Assembly (NCBI GenBank): GCA_963827755.1 | Contig: CAWHCQ010000013.1 | Span: 86,619 to 150,618 of the forward strand | Origin: an uncultured Gammaproteobacteria bacterium | Lineage (GTDB): Bacteria; Pseudomonadota; Gammaproteobacteria; UBA9214 | Direction of reading: 5' to 3' | DNA length: 64,000 nucleotides | Part shown: piece after piece, positions 10,570-21,845 of the stretch | Layout of the letters: the number at the start of each line of letters is the position of its first letter | Numbering within the stretch: the stretch's first letter is position 1 | Translations under genes and position numbers: made by a program | Notes under the pieces: generated by a model | Told to the model about the DNA's origin: nothing | What the model saw: the letters and a program-made list of their open reading frames with translations, nothing else | The model's database searches: none

Positions 10570-10947
10570 CTAGTGAAGGGTACGCGGGATCGCCAGTGTA
10601 AAGGCGGGTATTTCAGCGTCAAATTCGTCGCCATTGTCGGTCAGCATCTGGTAGCTGCCGCGCATGCTGCCGACCGGGGTCGCGATCATTGCACCGCTGG
10701 TGTACTGGAAACCTTCACCCGGCTTGAGGTGCGGTTGCTCACCGACAACACCTTCACCCTTTACTTCCTGGACGTTGCCGTTGGCATCCGTGATGACCCA
10801 GTGACGCGACAACAGCTGGGCGGGCACGCCACCCTCGTTGCGGATGGTAATGGTGTAGGAGAATACGTAGCGCTCGTTGTCAGGCTCTGACTGGCCTTCC
10901 ATGTACTGGGTTTCTACTTCAACGGTGATGTTTTTATCGTTTTCCAT
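10570..10947 (-). CDS. apaG: ApaG protein
   Basis: YVFSYTITI, QLLSRHWVITD, GEGVVGEQP, YTSG, PVGSMRG. Start at ATG 10947. Confidence 0.96.
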   Translation of the reverse strand: MENDKNITVEVETQYMEGQSEPDNERYVFSYTITIRNEGGVPAQLLSRHWVITDANGNVQEVKGEGVVGEQPHLKPGEGFQYTSGAMIATPVGSMRGSYQMLTDNGDEFDAEIPAFTLAIPRTLH

Positions 10948-11384
10948 GGGTCTTGTTACAAATTCTCCTGGGTCTGACAGTACTCTTTCCGGGCAGGGCG
11001 ACAAAAGCCTTGCCGCTCCCGGCCGCTGCGTGCAGGTCATCATTATACAGGGTTCCCGGTTTGTATCTGCCGGGAGGGCGGGCAGGTTAATACTCGAAAA
11101 ATCCATGTTGCCCCGCGACTCACGGGACGCTGCTCTTTTAAAAGGGGCCTCGCTACTGCAGCGGCGTTAATTTTATAACACACTGATTTAGAATATAAAA
11201 AATACATGAAGCAGGGACCAGCCCGGGTTTTTTCAGCGCGCAGCAGCGCACAGCGCCTGGCCGAAAATGTGAATCCCGTCACGGAAATGAGTGGCTTTTT
11301 ATTGCATTACTGGGTGTGGCTCCGTGACAGCAGTGGTTTTGGCAGCTGCTGATTTTATTCTGACATGTTACACAAGAGGTCGGG

Positions 11385-11696
11385 ATGTTCAGGCATAAGC
11401 GTTTCAAATACAGGTCAGATCGATTGCTGTTGCTCGTCCTGTTCGCAGGCCTGGCGGTATTTATGACAACCCTTTCGGCAGCGGATGATTCGTTCCTGTT
11501 GCATCCGGATATTGATGATCTGAAAGATGGTGATGTAATGCTTGCGCCAATCGGCCATCGGGGTGCCGGCGTGCGCATGTTGTTCAAATCGCCGGCCGGG
11601 ATTCCGGCGGCGTCTTATTCAGTGAATAATAGTGGTATGTGGCAAGTAGACGCAGATGCAGCGGCAGTGCATCTATCCGTGGTCATCCCCTGGTAG
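11385..11696 (+). CDS. Small hypothetical exported or membrane protein
   Basis: AAGAGG RBS, basic N-terminus, hydrophobic helix, C-terminal ...VVIPW. Confidence 0.6.
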   Translation: MFRHKRFKYRSDRLLLLVLFAGLAVFMTTLSAADDSFLLHPDIDDLKDGDVMLAPIGHRGAGVRMLFKSPAGIPAASYSVNNSGMWQVDADAAAVHLSVVIPW

Positions 11697-11698
11697 GA

Positions 11699-12487
11699 CT
11701 AGCCCGCCTGTTTGGCGCAGGCCAGGTTGGCAAGCGCGGCAAAATCCTTTAACGCCAGCATTTCAGCGCGTAGCGAAGGATCGATTCCCGCCTTCATTAT
11801 TTCATCGCTATCGAGTATGTCGCGCAGGGCATTGCGCAGGGTTTTCCGGCGTTGCGAGAATGCCTGACGCACCAGTTTGGTGAATACCTTTTCATTGTCT
11901 ACGTTTACCGGCGGCTGATCAAAGGGCTCCAGCCGGACAAACGCCGACTCAACGCGCGGTGGTGGATTGAATGCGCCAGCACCGATAGCAAACAGTGCTG
12001 TAACCCGGCAACGATACTGCAGCATGACTGACAGACGACCATACTGCTTCGACCCCGGGCCTGCAGCCATTCTTGCCACCACTTCTTTCTGCAGCATGAA
12101 ATGCATGTCCCTGATGCAATCATGCTGTTCCAGCAAATGGAACAGTATCGGCGTCGATATATTGTAGGGCAGGTTGCCGACGATGCGCAGCGGATGTGTG
12201 TCAGCCAGCTGGCAAAAGTCAAAACGCAGTGCATCGACATTATGCACGCTCAGCCTGCCGACGTTGCGGCATCGGGCCTTCAGCGGCTCGATCAAATCCC
12301 GGTCGATTTCAATAACAGTGAGTGCGCCGGCTGCCTCCAGCAGGGGCAGGGTGATGGCGCCCTGGCCCGGGCCGATTTCAATCAGGTTCTCATTCCCTTG
12401 TGGCCGGATAGCCGTGATGATTCTTTCGATAACGCCGGGATCGTGCAGGAAGTTCTGGCCAAACCTTTTCCTTGGACGGTGATTCAA
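11699..12487 (-). CDS. rsmA: 16S rRNA dimethyladenosine transferase (KsgA)
   Basis: [43 protein letters not shown]. Confidence 0.97.
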   Translation of the reverse strand: MNHRPRKRFGQNFLHDPGVIERIITAIRPQGNENLIEIGPGQGAITLPLLEAAGALTVIEIDRDLIEPLKARCRNVGRLSVHNVDALRFDFCQLADTHPLRIVGNLPYNISTPILFHLLEQHDCIRDMHFMLQKEVVARMAAGPGSKQYGRLSVMLQYRCRVTALFAIGAGAFNPPPRVESAFVRLEPFDQPPVNVDNEKVFTKLVRQAFSQRRKTLRNALRDILDSDEIMKAGIDPSLRAEMLALKDFAALANLACAKQAG

Positions 12488-12845
12488 GGGGTTATCCTGG
12501 TATTTTTCATTGTTGACAGTCAGTTATAAATCGTCAGAATGGATTTGCTCACGCAAACCACCCGGTTGGAACCAGAGTGGGTGCGCTTCCAACGCGCATC
12601 GATTTTTGCAGCGGTAGAAAACTATTCGAGCTCAATGATATCACTACGAATAATGCAGCACTGGTTGGCATCTGATAACCTCGGCTAAACGCCTTATCAC
12701 AAGGATGCATTATGTTGTAGTTGCCAGCTGAAGGTATGCACGAAACTGCCTATTATGAGACCAGAACAAACTTGTTACTCCGAACGGCGCGTACATGATT
12801 AATTTTCTGGCTATTTCAGCATATCTGTCAAACGGTTGCTAGCAA

Positions 12846-14831
12846 ATGCCTGCAGATACCAGCATGCAAAAATGCAAGTTAGCGGATCGTCATGTCGCAG
12901 ATTCTTCCGCAGTGATGCCTTTGCCTGATGCCGGGCATACCTGGTTTGCCCGACTACGGGAATGGAAGCTTGTCTGGCTGGGTGGATTGATAGGTGTCGG
13001 TTTTTATGTGATCGATGCCATCGTTGATGTGTACCTGTTTGACGAAGGTAATCTGGTCGATCAGCTATTCCGTCCCACACCGTTTGAATGGACAATGCGA
13101 CTGACGGTGCTCACTATTGCCCTGCTGTTCAGTACCTACGCGCAGACCATGCTCCATCGTGCCCAGGCAGCCATGCAAGAGGCCCGGATATCCAGGAAAT
13201 TTCTCGACTCGATTGTGGAAAATCTCCCCGGCATGATCTTCATTAAAGAAGCCGGGCAGCTGCGTTTTGCAAAGATCAATCGAGCGGCCGAGACAGTCAT
13301 GGGTTTCAGCCGTAGCGAGATGATTGGAAAAAGTGACGCTGATTTCTTCCCGCCCGAACAGGCTGATTTTTTTAACACCGCGGACCGGAATGTGCTTCAA
13401 TCCGGTGAAGTACTCGATATCCCTGAAGAGGTGATCGATACAGGGAGCAATGGCCGGCGGATCCTGCACACCAGAAAAGTACCCATGTATGATGAGAATG
13501 GCAACCCGGCTTTTCTACTTGGTATTTCTGAAGACATAACCGAGACAATACAGGCGCAGCAGGAACTGGCGGAGGAGAAGCGTCGCGCCGAACGCTACCT
13601 GGATATCTCGGAAGCCATCATAGTGGGTCTGGACACTAATGAGCGAATCAGCGTGATCAACCGCCACGGTTGTAAAGCTCTTGGTCTCTCCGAAAAGGAA
13701 CTGCTTGGCCGCAACTGGTTTGATATCGCGCTTCCGGAGACTGGAAAGCACCACGGGCATACTGTGTACAAGAAAATAATGTCAGGTGAAATCGAGTTGG
13801 CGGAATACAATGACAACGACATAATTACAGCGACGGGCGAAGTCCGTCACATCGCCTGGCACAATACCGCGCAGTACGGCCCCGCAGGTGAGATCACCGG
13901 CGTTCTGTCATCCGGTCACGACATCACGGATCGCAAACATACCGAGGAGCAACTGCGCCTCGCCGGAACGGTCTTCGAGTCCACCAGTCAGGCCGTGGTG
14001 GTTACTGACCACGACAACCATATTATATCCGTCAATCCCGCATTCACCCTGATAACGGAATATACACTGGAGGAAGTCCTCGGAAAGAATCCCTCATTCC
14101 TGAGATCCAGCCGCCATGACGAGGCTTTTTACCGTAATTTATGGGTCATAGTCACAACGGACGGGCAATGGAAAGGTGAAATCTGGGACCGCCGCAAAAG
14201 CGGGGAGGCATTCCCGTCGTGGCAATCGATCAGCGCGGTTTATGACAACAGTGGCGAGGTGACGAACTTCGTTTCGGTATTCTCTGACATCACACCTATT
14301 AAAGAACATCAGAGTAACCTGGACTTTCTGGCTCACCATGACCCTCTGACCGGGTTGCCAAACAGGCTCATGCTCGATGATCGCATCGCTCATGCGATGC
14401 AGCGCTGTATCAGGGACCACAGGGAACTTGCCGTTCTGTTTCTTGACCTCGACGATTTCAAAATTGTGAATGACACTTATGGTCATCACATCGGAGATCA
14501 ACTTCTGCAGACCCTGGCGATGCGGCTGCAGTCATTATTAAGGCAGGAAGACACTATTGCCCGTATGGGCGGCGATGAGTTTCTGGTCCTTATGGAATCA
14601 TTTGAGACCATAGACGATGTTGAACTGGTCGCAAAAAAGATAATTCACGAGGTTTCGAAGCCAGTTGAGATAAACGGTCATCAAGTGGAGGTCGGTGCCA
14701 GTATAGGTATAGCCATTGGTCCAACCGACGGTGCCAACGTTTCATCCCTGATAAAAGCGGCCGACCTGGCCATGTACCGTGCAAAAGACCAGGGGCGAAA
14801 CCAGTATATCTTCAGGTTGCAGCAGGCATAG
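12846..14831 (+). CDS. Membrane-anchored multi-PAS diguanylate cyclase
   Basis: Two N-terminal TM segments, three PAS/PAC repeats, HDPLTGLPNR, RQED I-site and intact GGDEF. Start uncertain. Confidence 0.92.
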   Translation: MPADTSMQKCKLADRHVADSSAVMPLPDAGHTWFARLREWKLVWLGGLIGVGFYVIDAIVDVYLFDEGNLVDQLFRPTPFEWTMRLTVLTIALLFSTYAQTMLHRAQAAMQEARISRKFLDSIVENLPGMIFIKEAGQLRFAKINRAAETVMGFSRSEMIGKSDADFFPPEQADFFNTADRNVLQSGEVLDIPEEVIDTGSNGRRILHTRKVPMYDENGNPAFLLGISEDITETIQAQQELAEEKRRAERYLDISEAIIVGLDTNERISVINRHGCKALGLSEKELLGRNWFDIALPETGKHHGHTVYKKIMSGEIELAEYNDNDIITATGEVRHIAWHNTAQYGPAGEITGVLSSGHDITDRKHTEEQLRLAGTVFESTSQAVVVTDHDNHIISVNPAFTLITEYTLEEVLGKNPSFLRSSRHDEAFYRNLWVIVTTDGQWKGEIWDRRKSGEAFPSWQSISAVYDNSGEVTNFVSVFSDITPIKEHQSNLDFLAHHDPLTGLPNRLMLDDRIAHAMQRCIRDHRELAVLFLDLDDFKIVNDTYGHHIGDQLLQTLAMRLQSLLRQEDTIARMGGDEFLVLMESFETIDDVELVAKKIIHEVSKPVEINGHQVEVGASIGIAIGPTDGANVSSLIKAADLAMYRAKDQGRNQYIFRLQQA

Positions 14832-14929
14832 AAACACCAGACATCCCCGGTGATCAGGGCTATACCAGGCCCGCCGCTGATGTCATATGCATCCTTCAAG
14901 TCACCCCCCGGAGGAGTTAGCGGTACCCG

Positions 14930-15093
14930 CGCTTGCCGCCATTCTTCCCACGACCTCATTCTGCAGCATGAAATGCATGTCCCCGATGCAATCATGCTGT
15001 CCCTTGTGGCCGGATAGCCGTGATGATTCTTTCGATAACACCGGGATCGTGCAGGAAGTTCTGACCGAACCTTTTCCTGGGACGGTGATTCAA
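14930..15093 (-). pseudogene. Truncated, internally deleted duplicate of the rsmA 5' region
   Basis: 14931-15000 matches 12060-12130 and 15001-15093 matches 12395-12487 (encoding [30 protein letters not shown]). About 265 bp are missing between the two blocks. Confidence 0.9.
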
Positions 15094-15262
15094 TGGGTTG
15101 CCTATTTTTCTTATTAGGAATTTCAGTTAGTTATAAAATGTCGAAGTGGATATATTCATTAAAATCGTACAGTTAGAACCATAGCGGGTGCGATTACAAG
15201 TCGCATCGATATTCGCATCGGCAGAAAATGATGTGAATCGACTGCCTGATAAATGATATCAC
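15094..15262. repeat. Diverged duplicate of the rsmA-upstream intergenic region (about 12488-12645)
   Basis: Shared blocks TATTTTTC, AGTTATAAA, GAACCA.AG.GGGTGCG, CGCATCGAT, AATGATATCACT in the same order. Confidence 0.75.
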
Positions 15263-15658
15263 TTGTGCGTACTGGCTTGACCTGAAAACCTGCGTCAGGA
15301 AATTAGCGTGAGCCTGATAAAAGGTATTTAACAGAAAGGATTGTTGAAATAACCTGATCAATTATGTCAGCGAACATCAAGCGCGGAAACTTCAAACGAG
15401 ACCGACAGAATTCAGCAGGTTTTTTACATCAATCACGGCGAAAAAACGGGGCGAAAGGCTGTTCATTAACCGTGGACTTGAGGGGAAAGGGCTCTTATTA
15501 TTCTACGGTGATTTTTAATGATTACCGCCCCCTGACATCCCTGGCTCGTAGCGAGCTCCGCAGGATATTGACCTTCTGTTTAGAGAGCACGTTAATGGTT
15601 GCATCAGTCAAAGCAGGAACAATCCCGCGAACATTATTCGTAGCCCGGGAGAGAGCAG

Positions 15659-16783
15659 ATGTCGAATCCAGGTAAAAAGCATATTCTGAGTAATTTAATG
15701 CGCATATCTGAAAACACGGCGCCAGGTTTTTTCCCCAGGCTTATGGGGGTACTCAAGGGCATCGCCAGAACCTTCGGTTTATCTGAAAGAAGCAGAGTAA
15801 TTGACCCACCGATGGAACCTGACACCCGCGCAGAGCGACCAGCTTTTTCCGGGCGTTGTATTGTGTTCTCCGATACCGATAACTGCATGAACTCGCTCAA
15901 GAGTACGTTGCGTTTCGCCGGAATCCTCAACGAGAAAGACGAGCTCACAGACAATCTGGAAGGGATCAATATCTTTCATACCGGCGACATGATTGACAAG
16001 AAAAATCCTGACCCTTCTGTTGTGGAATATTGGCAACTTCTTCAGCAAGACGCCCTCGCAAAGGGATGTCATGTCAAGCTCATAGTGGGCAATCATGAGC
16101 AGGAAGTCTGGCAAAAGATCATGACAGGTGAAAAATACGGAATGCGAGCAGAACAGGTCCATTGGCTCAACGAGTTCATTGAGAGTCTGGATTTATTCTA
16201 CGTCGCCGGTACTATCCTTTTTATACATGGTTATCCGACAGTCGAATTCTTGCAGACATTGCTGCACTTTAAGCAGGTAACGGGAAAAGACCTGAATTGT
16301 TTTAATACTGATCATTATAAAAAAGCATTCATATCTGTTAGCGCCATGAGGCAATATGCCTATGTTAGAGAAAATCGGCGAATAAACTATTTGCTCTATG
16401 ATGTGGCGGATGCGAGCCATTACTACAAGAAACAGGGACGAGTGGTTGGTGCTGTTCTTGCGCAGTTGAAGATCGATATTGTTGTACACGGACACAGGCC
16501 ACAGCGTTCCGGCGTACAGGTAGACTACGAGTTTGGCAAGTGGATCTCAAAGGTCAGAATGATAGGAAACGATACCATGGTGAGAAGTAGAGGAATCGGC
16601 GCGACCGTCATCAGGGTGGCACCAGGTGGGGCTGTAGATATAGATTTCATTAATACGAAAACAGCATCTGAAAAACTGCGCAGAAAGGTACAGAAAGACC
16701 TCAGGGAGCCACTTGTTTCTTCCTGCGCGACCCGCTTTACCAGCCCCGAAGACGCAGATATCAAATCCGCTGCGCAAGGGTAG
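15659..16783 (+). CDS. Calcineurin-like metallophosphoesterase
   Basis: FSDTD, HTGDMID, VGNHE, FIHG, VHGH motifs; visibly lower GC than the backbone. Confidence 0.8.
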   Translation: MSNPGKKHILSNLMRISENTAPGFFPRLMGVLKGIARTFGLSERSRVIDPPMEPDTRAERPAFSGRCIVFSDTDNCMNSLKSTLRFAGILNEKDELTDNLEGINIFHTGDMIDKKNPDPSVVEYWQLLQQDALAKGCHVKLIVGNHEQEVWQKIMTGEKYGMRAEQVHWLNEFIESLDLFYVAGTILFIHGYPTVEFLQTLLHFKQVTGKDLNCFNTDHYKKAFISVSAMRQYAYVRENRRINYLLYDVADASHYYKKQGRVVGAVLAQLKIDIVVHGHRPQRSGVQVDYEFGKWISKVRMIGNDTMVRSRGIGATVIRVAPGGAVDIDFINTKTASEKLRRKVQKDLREPLVSSCATRFTSPEDADIKSAAQG

Positions 16784-16970
16784 CGGGGACTGCAGAAGGT
16801 GGCATCTCTGGATTTATATATGCATATAACTTATTGAGTAACATGGTGAATCAGAACCGGGGAGCGGTCCTGGCCAAAGCGCTTGCGGGGGATATGTGCC
16901 ATGAAGGTATTCCGGTTTATCCATCAAACCGGTGCAAGGCAGGCTGGGCGGGTATACGGAATGGTGCGCG

Positions 16971-17957
16971 TTATTGCCGCTGCACCATCTCCACTGCATA
17001 GCGGATCGCCATCAGCAGGCTGCCGCTGTCGCCCCGGCCGCTGCCGGCGAGTTCCAGTGCCGTGCCGTGGTCGACGGAAGTGCGGATGACGGGCAAGCCG
17101 AGCGTGATGTTGACGGCGCGGCCAAAGCCGCTGTACTTCAGCACCGGTAATCCCTGGTCATGGTACATGGCCAGTATGGCATCGCTGTTGGCGATATTGG
17201 CGGCACTGAAAAGCGTATCTGCCGGTAGCGGGCCTTCAAGGGCCATGCCCTCAAGGCGCAGTGATTCGAGTACGGGGATGAGGGTGTCGATTTCCTCATG
17301 GCCGAGGTGGCCGCCTTCGCCGGCGTGCGGGTTCAGTCCGCACACCAGAATGCGCGGCTCGCCGATACCGAAGCGGGTCTGCAGCCCCTTGTGCAATACC
17401 CGGATCACGCGCGTCAGGCTGTCCTTTGTTATGCAGGCGCTGACCTGCGACAGCGGTACATGGGTCGTGGCAAGGGCGACACGCAGCTCATCGGTTGCCA
17501 GCAGCATGACTACATCGCGTGTCCGGGTCGCCGCTGCCAGGTACTCGGTATGACCGCTAAAGGGGATTCCGGCATCGTTGATGACGCCCTTGTGTACCGG
17601 GCCTGTCACCAGCGCATCGAAGTTGCCGCACAGGCAGCCGCGAATGGCCTGGTCGAGAGTGTCAAGGACATAGCGGGCGTTGCCGGGATTTAGTCGACCG
17701 ACCTGAACGGCTGTTTGCAGCGCAACCGGCAGTATGCAGGTCTCACCCGGGGTGGATCGTGCGGGTTTGGCCGGGTCAAACAGACGATACTGAAAGGGGA
17801 TTTCAAGCTGCGCGGCCCGTTCTTCGAGTAGCGCCGGGTCACAGATTGCCACCAGCTCGGTGTTCAGTGCCTGCTGTGCAAGCGCCAGGCACAGGTCCGG
17901 CCCGATACCGGCCGGTTCACCGGGGGTCAGTGCAATACGTGCAATCGAGTCAGACAA
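16971..17957 (-). CDS. pdxA: 4-hydroxythreonine-4-phosphate dehydrogenase
   Basis: [39 protein letters not shown] start inferred. Confidence 0.96.
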   Translation of the reverse strand: MSDSIARIALTPGEPAGIGPDLCLALAQQALNTELVAICDPALLEERAAQLEIPFQYRLFDPAKPARSTPGETCILPVALQTAVQVGRLNPGNARYVLDTLDQAIRGCLCGNFDALVTGPVHKGVINDAGIPFSGHTEYLAAATRTRDVVMLLATDELRVALATTHVPLSQVSACITKDSLTRVIRVLHKGLQTRFGIGEPRILVCGLNPHAGEGGHLGHEEIDTLIPVLESLRLEGMALEGPLPADTLFSAANIANSDAILAMYHDQGLPVLKYSGFGRAVNITLGLPVIRTSVDHGTALELAGSGRGDSGSLLMAIRYAVEMVQRQ

Positions 17958-18001
17958 TATAATCGGGCGCGGCAAGCTGCCGCAGACAGGGGAGACAAAT
18001 G

Positions 18002-19354
18002 TCAGGACTCGTCGAGCCGGTACTCGACGTATGATTCATCGCGCAGGCGGCGCAGCCAGAGGGTCAGTTCTTCATCATATTTGCGCGTCTGTATCAGCAG
18101 TTTTGCCTTGGCGCGCTGGTATTCATCGGTGCTGTCATACTCACGACGCCCCTCCACCTGGATAAGGTGCCAGCCGAAACGTGTCTGCACCGGATTGCTG
18201 ATTTCACCAATGGCAAGCTTGTTCATGGCGGCCTCGAAGCGGGGTACGGTCTCTCCCTGGCCTACCCAGCCAAGTTCCCCGCCCTTGGCGGCTGACAGGG
18301 TGTCCTGTGAATTCGACCGTGCCAGGGCGGTGAAATCCTCACCACCGCGCAGGCGTATTTGCAGCTGTTCCAGGCGCATTCTCACATCGTCATCCGTGTT
18401 TACCGCATCGGTTTTTACCAGGATATGACGCACCCTGGTCTGGTTGACGAGGTGACGTTCCCCCCCGGATTTTTCCACCAGCTTGATGATATGAAAGCCG
18501 CCGGAGCTCTGTATCAGGTCGGATACCTCGCCAACCTGGATATCCTCGACCGTCTCGGTGAACAGTGACGGTATCTGTCCAGTACTGCGCCAGCCAAGAT
18601 CACCGCCTTCCAGTGCATTTTGCGCGTCGGATTCCGCGATGGCGATTTGTGTAAAGTCGCTGCCTGCGCGCAATTTCACCAGGATAGTGCTGGCGCGCAG
18701 CCGGGCCGCTGCAATCTGTTCCGGGCCGGGGGCCTCTGGTATTGCGACCATGATGTGTGCAAGGTGATATTTAACATCGCCCAGTCCGCTGGCCTCGAGG
18801 CTTGCCAGCAGGTTATCAACTTCCTGGTCGTTGACCTTGATTGTATTGGCCACCATCTGGCGGCGTACTTCCTGGAGGACAAGTTTCTTGCGAATGTTTT
18901 CCCTGAACGCGGCGTAGCTGTAGCCTTCTTTTTCCAGGATGTTGCGAAAATCCGTGAGGTTGACGCCACTTTCCTTTGCCAGCGTCTGCAGTTCATCATT
19001 GAGTGTCTTGTCATCGACGGTCAGGCCGTTGCGCTCGGCGATTTGCATTTGCAGGACATCGATGATCAGGCGTTCCAGTACCTGTTTGACCAGAGCGCTG
19101 CGCTCGGGCAGCGCGGTGCCGTCTTTTTCGAGCTGGGCAACCACCTGGTCCAGGGCTGCACGCAACTCGCTGTTAAGGATGACGTCACCGTTGACGACTG
19201 CGACGATGCGATTCAGGGTATAACGCTGCAGGCTGCTATCCTGCCCGGCGGAGGCTGCCGTGTCCTGTGTTTGTGCGGCATGGGCCTGTGTAAAAACGGC
19301 CTGGGCAGTCACCAGCGCGACGGTGCAAAACAGAGTGGCAAATAATTTCATCAT
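18002..19354 (-). CDS. surA: Periplasmic chaperone/PPIase SurA
   Basis: Signal peptide, IVAVVN, two parvulin domains (GGDLGW, GGELGW, FGWHLI); lies between lptD and pdxA. Confidence 0.95.
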   Translation of the reverse strand: MMKLFATLFCTVALVTAQAVFTQAHAAQTQDTAASAGQDSSLQRYTLNRIVAVVNGDVILNSELRAALDQVVAQLEKDGTALPERSALVKQVLERLIIDVLQMQIAERNGLTVDDKTLNDELQTLAKESGVNLTDFRNILEKEGYSYAAFRENIRKKLVLQEVRRQMVANTIKVNDQEVDNLLASLEASGLGDVKYHLAHIMVAIPEAPGPEQIAAARLRASTILVKLRAGSDFTQIAIAESDAQNALEGGDLGWRSTGQIPSLFTETVEDIQVGEVSDLIQSSGGFHIIKLVEKSGGERHLVNQTRVRHILVKTDAVNTDDDVRMRLEQLQIRLRGGEDFTALARSNSQDTLSAAKGGELGWVGQGETVPRFEAAMNKLAIGEISNPVQTRFGWHLIQVEGRREYDSTDEYQRAKAKLLIQTRKYDEELTLWLRRLRDESYVEYRLDES

Positions 19355-19372
19355 AAAAAACCTGTAAAAAAA

Positions 19373-21845
19373 TCAGCTCCGGGCCCGGTAGCCAAGAATA
19401 CCACGTTCAAGCACGTCATCGACGCTGCCGCCGAGTGTCCCGAGGCCTTTCAGTTCCAGCTGGAGAAAGACCGCGGTATTACGGCCCTCGTCATTGTTGT
19501 TGATGTAGTTGCGGCCTACCAGCCGGGCGCCCCAGCAGCAGCTCTCATAGCCGAGACCGGCAATCGCCTCGATAGTTTCATTCTGGTCGAGTGAATAATA
19601 CCAGCGCCCGACCATGTGCCAGGACTGGTTCACCGGCCACAGAAAAGACAGGTCCGCCTGCTCCTGGCTGCCGCGCCGGCGGCGATAGGAGGCGTTGATG
19701 AGCTGGCGTTGGCCGGCCTTGTATTGCAGGCGGTAATCGTTTCGGTCTGTTTGCGAGTCATGCGGGTTCCATTGCAGCTCGGCATTGGCATTCCAGTACT
19801 TGCCGAGGTTCATGGTTATTTCGCCGATCAGGTCGGAGCTGTCATCGGATTCAACCGTTTCGCCCGGCAGCGTGACTTTTCTGTCGCGGAAGTAAATGAG
19901 TGAACCCAGGCTGGCGCTGAGCAGTTGTTTGCCGTTGCCGGGATCAAGTATCCGGGTTGTCAGTGCAAGTGCTGCCTGGTTGGCGTCACCCATGCGGTCC
20001 GGACCGGTGAAACGGTTTTCCTGGAACAGCGTCCAGTAGTTGAAATCATAGTTGCCGGTATCGAACACCGGCAGGTCATCCTGGTTTTTCTCGGGGACGT
20101 ACAGATAAAACAGGCGCGGTTCAAGTGTCTGTATGAGTTCAGCCTCTCCCCAGTCCATATTCCGCTCAAAGAAACTGCCGGCATCAACGCTGACAATGGG
20201 TGTCGTGCGCGAAGGGCTGTCGTCGCCGCCTGTGGCATCCCTGTCGAGGTCGTACAGGGTATGGCGTATGCCGATGGCAGGTTCTACATACCAGGCGGCC
20301 CTGCGTACAGGCAGGCTGACGCGCGGCTGGATATCGAGGCGCTTTCCGGTGACCTTGTCGCCGTCACTGTGGTCGAAGCTGTTGAGCTCGGCATGGCCGC
20401 TGAATTTAAGACCCAGCAGGCGCTTCGAAGGAGCTGCGGCGAGAATGATCTGGGGTAATTGCTTGTAGGGACGGTCGATGGAAGCCACGGCAGGATCAAT
20501 GGTCTGGAAGTCCTGCACCTTGACACCCAGGTCCCACCAGTCACCATGCCAGGCCGCCGCCGCGGTACGCTCCAGGCTGGTCTGGCTGGTCTGCACGATG
20601 GTCGTCGACAGGTCCTCAAAGTATTCTTCATCCGAGACATTGCTTGCGGTGATGGATGTTTCCAGTCGCGGCAAGGGTTGACCCCTGTGGTTAACAGAGA
20701 CCAGGCTGCGTTCCCTGTCATTGAATCGCTTGTCGGAACCAAGGTACTCGGCCCTGATTTCGCCGCTGTTGTTTGCGTGCAGGTAACGGAACTCGCCGCC
20801 CAGCATTGTGCCGCGGTCACTCATGTAGCGCGGCACGATAGTGGCATCGTAATTCGGCGCGATGTTCCAGTAATAGGGCAGGCTGATATCGGTACCGGTT
20901 TCGTCCGTCTGGCCGATTGCCGGTGCCAGCACACCGGACTTGCGCCGGTCATCCAGCGGGAAGCTCATGTAAGGCGCATAGGCGATGGGCACACCCTTGA
21001 ATTCCAGCCTGGCACCGCGTGCTGTGCCATGGCCGCCGGTCTGATCCAGGTCGACCTGTCTTGCCATTAACAACCAGTCCAGGTTGCCGCCCGGGCAGGT
21101 CGTATAGCTGGCGTTTTCAAGATGCTGTTGTTCGCCTTCGACGCTTAAAAGGCCGGCGTAACCGCGCGCATGCTGGTCCGGCAGCGAGTAGCTGAGCTGC
21201 TGCAGGCTGGCGCTGTTGCGCCCGGGATGTATGCGGGCAGCTGCCGCATTGACTTCCAGGCCGGGGGCGCTGAATTCAACGCCGCCGGTCGCCATGATTT
21301 CATCGTTATTCTTCCGGTAGACGATCCGGTCGGCAGTTACGCGCTGCGCCCCGTGCTGGACGATGGCGTCGCCTTCCAGGGTGTAGACATTGTCCGCGCT
21401 TGATTTGGCAGACGCTGCGTGCAGGTCTGTTTTCCCAGGCTCCGCGGTTGCCTGGTAGCTGTGTGTTCGAGTCGTTACGGGTGGACACTGTGCCCAGCGA
21501 TCGGGTTGCGCCGGCGGAACCGATGCCGCTTGCTGCGTCGAATAACCACCCGGTGTACTTGCCATCGGCCCGGCTGCCGGCGCTGGCAGGTCATCGGGTG
21601 AAACCGGCATCGTGCGCGCTGCCGTGGTCGTTGCCGGTGTCCTGTCGTGGCACGCGGTGTGCGGCCGGAATGAGCACGTGGCCCGGTGCCTGCAACTTTT
21701 CCCTGGCGACACATCTCCACAGGCTGTCGGACAAGGCGCTGCACAGCCAGGGGCCGTCGGCCCGGGCGGTGCCTTGCAGCGGGAGCAGAAGAACGAGCAG
21801 CGCCAGCACCGGGAGCAGCCGGGCTGTTGAGCATCTGTTCTTCAT
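19373..21845 (-). CDS. lptD: LPS assembly protein LptD, with an apparent +1 frameshift at about 21595-21710
   Basis: YTTCP, RRKSG, PYYWNIAPNYD, QTLEPRLFY, YESCCW, QLELKGLG. The signal peptide and WLC..WRC N-terminus lie in another frame (ORF 21591-21854). Confidence 0.92.

Noticed and set aside
12548-12590. GCAAACC...GTGGG hairpin as a possible c-di-GMP-I riboswitch ahead of the GGDEF gene
   Set aside because: Lacks the GNRA tetraloop and GGGACGCAAAGC/P2 receptor elements, and is not preserved in the duplicate copy.
15364-15675. 103-aa ORF upstream of the phosphoesterase
   Set aside because: No recognisable motifs or RBS; lies in AT-rich intergenic DNA.
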